From Candidatus Thorarchaeota archaeon (GTDB lineage: Archaea; Asgardarchaeota; Thorarchaeia; Thorarchaeales; Thorarchaeaceae): a stretch of DNA of 64,000 nucleotides. Each line of letters starts with the position of its first letter. Within the stretch, counting starts at the first letter, position 1. Both the position numbers and the translations under genes were made by a program. Positions 58,750 to 64,000 of the stretch are shown piece by piece. The notes under the pieces were generated by a model. The model searched no databases. It was not told where the DNA came from and saw only the letters and a program-made list of their open reading frames with translations. The stretch lies in contig JBHLRZ010000007.1 of NCBI GenBank assembly GCA_048882045.1, positions 1-64,000 on the forward strand. Direction: 5' to 3'.

Positions 58750-61361
58750 TCTCTATATTCCTCAGGATTCTTGTCGAAGGTTTCTTTACAGTAAGGATTG
58801 CAGAAGTAGTACCTCTTTCCTTCATAGTCAGAGTAGAGATCAGCGGATGCAATGTCGACTTTCATGTTACAGATTGGGTCGATTGCTACATCTCCCTCAA
58901 GGTAGGCTGCAGGAGGAACTCCTTCTTCCTTTAATTCCACAACCTTAGGCTTAAACCTATTCAGTGTAAGAGCGTTTGCTACAACACTGACACTTGATAG
59001 TGCCATTGCTAGTCCTGCAAATTGCGGCTGAAGATAGAGACCGAGAGTAGGGAAGAGAAGTCCTGCGGCTACTGGAAGGAGAATGATGTTATAGATAAGT
59101 GCCCAGAAGAATCCCTGTTTGATCTTTGTCATTGTCTTCTGACCAAGTTGAATTCCTGTGACAACATCCATGAGGTCATCCTTTACTAGGACAATGTCCC
59201 CTGATTCCACAGAAACATCGGTGCCTGAGCCTAGCGCAATGCCAACATCAGCTTGAGCTAGAGCTATCGCATCATTGACACCATCGCCTGTCATTGCGAC
59301 AATCTTTCCCTGAGCTTGAAGTTTCTTGATTTGTTCTGCCTTCTGATCAGGAAGGACCTCGGCCAATGCATGTTCAATACCAACAGATTCTCCAATCGCT
59401 TTGGCGGTTATCTCCCTGTCACCTGTAATCATCCAGACATCGATACCCATACCTTTGAGTGTACTCACAGCCTCTACCGAGCTTGGTTTCAGATCGTCAG
59501 CAATTGCCAAGACTGCAAGCTGCTTTCCATTGACAGACGCATAGATTACTGTCTTCCCTAGTTGCTGGAATATTTCTGATTGGTCATCAATGTTGGAAAA
59601 GTCCACTCCGAGATCTTTCATGAACTGTTGACTGCCAACAGAAACAGTTTCTCCCTCAACAACTGCACTCACTCCTTTCCCAGTAGTGTATTGGAAATCT
59701 TCTGATTGTGGAAAAGCAATTCCCCTTTCATTGACATAGTAAACAACTGCTTCTGCCAAAGGATGTTCGCTGTTCTTTTCCACCGATGCAATGAGTCGAA
59801 GAGATTCCTCTTCTTTATAGCTCCCCACAGTGATGACATCGGTCACAGTCGGTCTTCCTATGGTGAGAGTTCCAGTCTTATCGAAAACAATTGTATCGAT
59901 TTCTGGGATTATTTCAAGACCATCTCCTGTCTTGATTAGGATTCCATGCTGAGCTCCCTTTCCTATACCAACCATAATTGCAGTAGGAGTGGCGAGTCCC
60001 AGTGCACACGGACAAGCTGCGACCAGAACTGCAATTGTAAAGTTGAGTGCAAGGTCCCATTGAACGTTCATGACGAAGACCCAGAACAGGTATGTGGCAA
60101 TCGAGATGACCAGAACAATGGGCGTAAACACCTCTGCGATTGAGTCTGCCTTTCGCTGGATGGCTGGCTTGTTCGTCTGAGCCTCTTCCACCATTCTGAC
60201 AATCTGTGAGAGGACAGTGTCCTGACCTACCTTGGTAGCCTTGACTCTAAGAACTCCATTCTTATTGACTGTGCCACCTACAACAGAATCGCCCACTGTC
60301 TTATCAACAGCAACCGACTCTCCAGTGATCATCGACTCATCAACCGAGGACTTCCCTTCTAGAACACTTCCATCAACAGGTACTCGATCACCCGGACGAA
60401 CTAGGACAAGATCATCAACTTCGACATCTTCAATGGGTAGAATCAGTTCTTCTCCATTGCGAATCACAGTTGCAACTTTAGCCTGAAGATCCATCAATCC
60501 TCTAATGGCCTTTGATGTGCGTCCTTTTGCAACCGATTCTAATGTGCGACCCAGTAGTATGAATGAGATCAGCAAGACAGCAGCATCATAGAAGGGGGCA
60601 TAGCCAGAAAGGACGAATGTTGTTGCAACCGAGTAACCATAGGCTGCAGTTGTACCCAGCATTACAAGAGTGTCCATATTTGTCTTGAAATGTCGTAATC
60701 CTCTGAGTGCTGCTTTGTAGAACGGGTATCCTCCAATGAACTGAACAGGAGTTGAGAGGAAGAACATCAGTAGCATTTTCGTACTTTCTAGAGGAATCAG
60801 CGCATTAAGTACTCCAAAGTGGATTAGAACTACAGGAATCGTTAGTATCACTGAGAATGTTAAGAGTGTAGCATAATATCGGATTTCTTTTTCTCTTGCG
60901 AGGGATTCTCTATCTCTCTCCACACCCTCACTAGACTCTAATTTGAAACCCAGACTCAGAATTGTCTTCCGAACAATCTTGAAGGTGACCAAATCCTCGT
61001 CGTATTCGATTAGTAGACGTTTTGAATCAGGATAGCTCCTCGCTGTTATTACTCCTTTTATCTGACTAACTGCAGTGGTAATCTCATCCCATTGAGACTC
61101 ACTAGGACTTTCAGAAAGCGTTAAAGTCATCGATGCTCTTCGAGCGCGATAACCAACGGAATCCACAGCCATTTCCAACACAGACCGATCTACTGAATCT
61201 GCGTAATATTCGACAACAGCTTTCTCATCGAGAAGACTTACACTAGCTTTAATCACACCATCTTGAGAAAGCAGTGACTTCTCAATTGTGGCAACACAGG
61301 AAGCACAATGCATTCCTTCAATTTTCATCGAAAGTCTTTCGGGAGTTTCATTTTTGGTCAT
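58731..61361 (-). CDS. copA: Cu(I)-translocating P1B-type ATPase with C-terminal YHS domain
   Basis: GMHCASC, TGES, CPCALG, DKTGT, EHP, GDGVND, YN and MALSS; C-terminal DPICNM...YFCNPYC. Confidence 0.95.
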   Translation of the reverse strand: MTKNETPERLSMKIEGMHCASCVATIEKSLLSQDGVIKASVSLLDEKAVVEYYADSVDRSVLEMAVDSVGYRARRASMTLTLSESPSESQWDEITTAVSQIKGVITARSYPDSKRLLIEYDEDLVTFKIVRKTILSLGFKLESSEGVERDRESLAREKEIRYYATLLTFSVILTIPVVLIHFGVLNALIPLESTKMLLMFFLSTPVQFIGGYPFYKAALRGLRHFKTNMDTLVMLGTTAAYGYSVATTFVLSGYAPFYDAAVLLISFILLGRTLESVAKGRTSKAIRGLMDLQAKVATVIRNGEELILPIEDVEVDDLVLVRPGDRVPVDGSVLEGKSSVDESMITGESVAVDKTVGDSVVGGTVNKNGVLRVKATKVGQDTVLSQIVRMVEEAQTNKPAIQRKADSIAEVFTPIVLVISIATYLFWVFVMNVQWDLALNFTIAVLVAACPCALGLATPTAIMVGIGKGAQHGILIKTGDGLEIIPEIDTIVFDKTGTLTIGRPTVTDVITVGSYKEEESLRLIASVEKNSEHPLAEAVVYYVNERGIAFPQSEDFQYTTGKGVSAVVEGETVSVGSQQFMKDLGVDFSNIDDQSEIFQQLGKTVIYASVNGKQLAVLAIADDLKPSSVEAVSTLKGMGIDVWMITGDREITAKAIGESVGIEHALAEVLPDQKAEQIKKLQAQGKIVAMTGDGVNDAIALAQADVGIALGSGTDVSVESGDIVLVKDDLMDVVTGIQLGQKTMTKIKQGFFWALIYNIILLPVAAGLLFPTLGLYLQPQFAGLAMALSSVSVVANALTLNRFKPKVVELKEEGVPPAAYLEGDVAIDPICNMKVDIASADLYSDYEGKRYYFCNPYCKETFDKNPEEYRDQDIRA

Positions 61362-61392
61362 CTATTTTACAATCCTTTATGCAATATATTAT

Positions 61393-61434
61393 ATCGTTGT
61401 AGATATATAGACGTAGATATATCGGTGTCGATAT
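61393..61434. promoter_or_regulatory. Three tandem ATC-N6-GAT-AT operator units next to the copA TATA box
   Basis: atc gttgta gat at ata gacgta gat at atc ggtgtc gat at, 14-bp period. Confidence 0.7.
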
Positions 61435-61480
61435 ATAAGTTTTTTGATTGGGCGGGTTTGGAAGGAAACCATATTGTCAA

Positions 61481-61951
61481 TTATAAACTCTGTTTGAACG
61501 CTTTTGCACAATGAACACAACAAAAAGTAAGATTTGTTCCATTGACTTCTTCGTAGTGCGCGCCTTCGAAAACCCTAGCTCCACAACTTGCACAAACCTC
61601 TAGGCTGGACCCGAGGGCAGATACTGTGATCGCAGCAAAACGTTTGAATAACTGGTTGCTAAATCGCTCTCCTTTCTTCGTCATTGAATAGACAATCTTA
61701 CGTTTCTTCCCTATGTCTTCTTGCTTCTGGGTGACCAGCTTCTTTTCTTCGAGTTCCTGCAAAAATGGGTATAGTGTTCCTGGACTTAATTTCTTCCCAG
61801 TTCGTTTTTCATAACTTTTCATAAGACCATAACCATGCAATGGCTTTTCGTTCAACATCAACAAGATATAGAAATGCGAGAAATCAGCTAGTATTTCCTG
61901 AATGTCAGGATGGGGCACTTTCATGTCTTGAATTGTTTTTTCATTCGTCAT
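61481..61951 (-). CDS. PadR-family regulator with C-terminal TRASH/YHS-like metal-binding domain
   Basis: HGYGL, SPGTLYP.L..L, CASC...FCCVHC. Confidence 0.88.
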   Translation of the reverse strand: MTNEKTIQDMKVPHPDIQEILADFSHFYILLMLNEKPLHGYGLMKSYEKRTGKKLSPGTLYPFLQELEEKKLVTQKQEDIGKKRKIVYSMTKKGERFSNQLFKRFAAITVSALGSSLEVCASCGARVFEGAHYEEVNGTNLTFCCVHCAKAFKQSL

Positions 61952-62145
61952 TTTTGTGTCAACCCAAGGAAGCTCGAATATTTTGAGTCACACAGATAAG
62001 GAATAAAGAAGTTCCCGTGTGTGACATATAATCCAATCCACGAAGCATTTTCCTATAATAGTTGCCTATTTGATTAAACTCTTCCCGATCATGCCGAGAA
62101 ATGGACTACATTATATGAGATTTTGATGAGTAGCAATATAAATGT

Positions 62146-62171
62146 ATCTTAAGGGATATATCCATAGGGAT
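62146..62171. promoter_or_regulatory. Two tandem ATC-N6-GAT operator units
   Basis: atc ttaagg gat at atc catagg gat. Confidence 0.6.
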
Positions 62172-62276
62172 AATTAATGCCTGCTCTCAGGAATCCCACC
62201 GGGGCTCTATCAATGTTAGAAACAGATTTCGGATAAGAAAAGCCAATATAGGGTGCCCGACAGAATATTTATATAT

Positions 62277-62331
62277 ATCGAGTGGGATATATCTGATTGG
62301 ATACTATTGTTTGCGATATATCTGAAGAGAT
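62277..62331. promoter_or_regulatory. Four tandem ATC-N6-GAT operator units upstream of the YHS gene
   Basis: atc gagtgg gat at atc tgattg gat act att gtttgc gat at atc tgaaga gat. Confidence 0.65.
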
Positions 62332-62355
62332 TTACATAAAGCAGAGGCAAAGGAA

Positions 62356-62511
62356 ATGGCTAGAGACCCAATATGTGGAATGATAGTAGATGAGAACACA
62401 ACCAAGCTAAAGACAGTTCATAAAGGAGAAACTTTCTACTTCTGTATGATGAGCTGCAAGAAAGCCTTTGACAGTGATCCAGATCGCTTTGCCATCGAAT
62501 CCACAAATTAA
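62356..62511 (+). CDS. Stand-alone YHS/TRASH domain protein (51 aa), putative copper chaperone, absent from ORF track
   Basis: MARDPICGMIVDENTTKLKTVHKGETFYFCMMSCKKAFDSDPDRFAIESTN. Confidence 0.88.
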   Translation: MARDPICGMIVDENTTKLKTVHKGETFYFCMMSCKKAFDSDPDRFAIESTN

Positions 62512-62532
62512 TAATAGAGCAGGAGATTATCT

Positions 62533-64000
62533 ATGAAAAAACTGACACCAGAAGAAATTCGGGTTCGTTGTGATGATAGGGAGTTTGCATGCAGAACTAG
62601 TGCAGAGCTTTTTCCCCTAGATAATATCGTTGGACAGAAACGTGCTCTTGAATCATTGCGATTCGGACTAATGATAAAGGATAAGGGATTCAATGTCTTT
62701 GTTGCGGGTATTCCAGGAACTGGTCGCACCACTGCAGTTTCAAAATTCCTTCAAAATCTTGCAACAAACGAATCGAATGCATCAGATTGGTGCTATGTAA
62801 CCAATTTCGAGAATCAGTATCACCCACGGGCTCTTGAGCTTCCATCAAGTAGAGGGATGCAATTAGAGCAGCAAATGGAGAGCTTCATTGAACTTGCTCA
62901 AATGACGCTTTCTGAGATGCTGGAAAGTGAGGAATATATTATACAAAGAAATCAACTTCTGAAGGTTTTCAAAGACAAACAGCAGGAAATAAGCAATCAA
63001 ATGGAAAATGAAGCACGAAAAAACGGGTTCATATTGCAAGGTTCTAAGACGCGACTACTCTTACTTCCAATAATCAATGGTGAGCCTCTCGATCCTGAAG
63101 CAAACGTCCACCTGCCCAAGGAAATCGAAGAGAAAATCGCAGAAAATCGTGAAGTCGTGGAAAAGCAAATGCGAGTGCTTTTCCGCAAGTTACGTCTTAT
63201 TGAACGTGAACTTCGTGAAGCTCTTCAGAATAAAGAACGAGAAGCTGTGCTTTACGCCCTCTCCCCACTTATTGATGACCTTAAGGAGAACTTCAGGGAT
63301 CTGCCAAGGGTTACACAGTGGATTCAGGAAGTAGCTGAGGATATCACCGAACATCTTCAGGAATTCATCGGACTCTCAGAAGTTGATTCATCAGATGAGC
63401 TGGATTTATCGCAATCGGGATCAATCACACGGGAAGATTTCACTCATAGATATAGAGTGAATCTGTTCGTTGATAATTTGGGAGCAGATGGCGCTCCTGT
63501 TGTAATCCTTGCAAATCCTTCTTATAACAACTTATTTGGTGTAATAGAGAAAGAACCACGATATAGCGGACTTAGAACAGACTTTTCTATGATTCGCCCA
63601 GGAGCCCTGCATAAGGCAAATGGTGGTTATCTAGTTGTTCCAGCACTGGAACTTCTAACTTCTCCACATGTCTATCAATCTTTGAAGAGGGCCCTTGAAC
63701 ATAGCGAGATAGTTATCGAAGAACCTCAGGAATCAAGCAACTTCTTTACTGTGAAGAGTTTACGTCCGGAACCAATCCCATTGGATGTGCAAGTAATTCT
63801 AATTGGCGAGGAAGAGATTTACCAAGAGCTTTACAATAAGGACCCCGAATTTCGGCAACTTTTCAAGGTAAAGGCAGAATTTGACATTTCGATGGATCGC
63901 ACGCCTGAAAACATCCATGTATTTGGCTCGTTCATTTGTATGATTCACTCAAGGGAAGGGCTGAACCCTTTGAAAGCAGACGCCATTGCAGAAGTAATCG
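62533..64000 (+). CDS. Lon-like AAA+ protease (LonC/AAA_32 type), partial, runs off window end
   Basis: MKKLTPEEIR...IVGQKRAL..L.FGL....GFNVFVAGIPGTGRTT, DWCYV.NF, NPSYNNLFG, PGALHKANGGYL, LFKVKAEFD. SD GGAG upstream. Confidence 0.88.
   Translation, partial: MKKLTPEEIRVRCDDREFACRTSAELFPLDNIVGQKRALESLRFGLMIKDKGFNVFVAGIPGTGRTTAVSKFLQNLATNESNASDWCYVTNFENQYHPRALELPSSRGMQLEQQMESFIELAQMTLSEMLESEEYIIQRNQLLKVFKDKQQEISNQMENEARKNGFILQGSKTRLLLLPIINGEPLDPEANVHLPKEIEEKIAENREVVEKQMRVLFRKLRLIERELREALQNKEREAVLYALSPLIDDLKENFRDLPRVTQWIQEVAEDITEHLQEFIGLSEVDSSDELDLSQSGSITREDFTHRYRVNLFVDNLGADGAPVVILANPSYNNLFGVIEKEPRYSGLRTDFSMIRPGALHKANGGYLVVPALELLTSPHVYQSLKRALEHSEIVIEEPQESSNFFTVKSLRPEPIPLDVQVILIGEEEIYQELYNKDPEFRQLFKVKAEFDISMDRTPENIHVFGSFICMIHSREGLNPLKADAIAEVI

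Noticed and set aside
61961-62050. 29-aa minus-strand uORF and GTCACACA/TGTGTGAC hairpin upstream of the PadR-TRASH gene
   Set aside because: The peptide is featureless and the single stem is not distinguishable from chance without comparative data.
1817-63334. Numerous short antisense or alternate-frame ORFs in the track
   Set aside because: They are shadows of well-supported genes and have no motifs of their own.

Overview
Gene-dense archaeal chromosomal segment, most likely an Asgard archaeon (Thorarchaeia-like). This is inferred from the archaeal-type ThrRS with an N-terminal editing domain, three Rab/Ras-like small GTPases, expanded membrane-anchored beta-helix (NosD/CASH) proteins, many Zn-ribbon and winged-helix proteins, and TATA-type promoters. 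No rRNA, tRNA, CRISPR array or transposase was recognised. Main blocks: (1) a nine-gene, translationally coupled, bacterial-type shikimate-to-tyrosine operon at 5353-14122 (chorismate mutase-aminotransferase fusion, tyrA, aroB, aroF, aroD, aroE, aroK, aroA, aroC), lying with a thiolase between two paralogous beta-helix genes; (2) a padR-btrH-like-pduO cluster divergent from a molybdopterin oxidoreductase with an internally inserted ferredoxin; (3) tandem M29 aminopeptidases; (4) an acyl-CoA/SCP2 operon; (5) small GTPases; (6) a copper locus (copA, PadR-TRASH regulator, YHS protein, Lon-like protease) with 14-bp-periodic operator arrays. Top finding: the 5' leader of the aromatic operon encodes an unannotated 30-aa Tyr-rich peptide (ending YSGVYYSYYS). 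It is embedded in nested and mutually exclusive RNA helices and followed by a second uORF coupled to the first gene. Together these make a candidate ribosome-mediated tyrosine attenuator in an archaeon.
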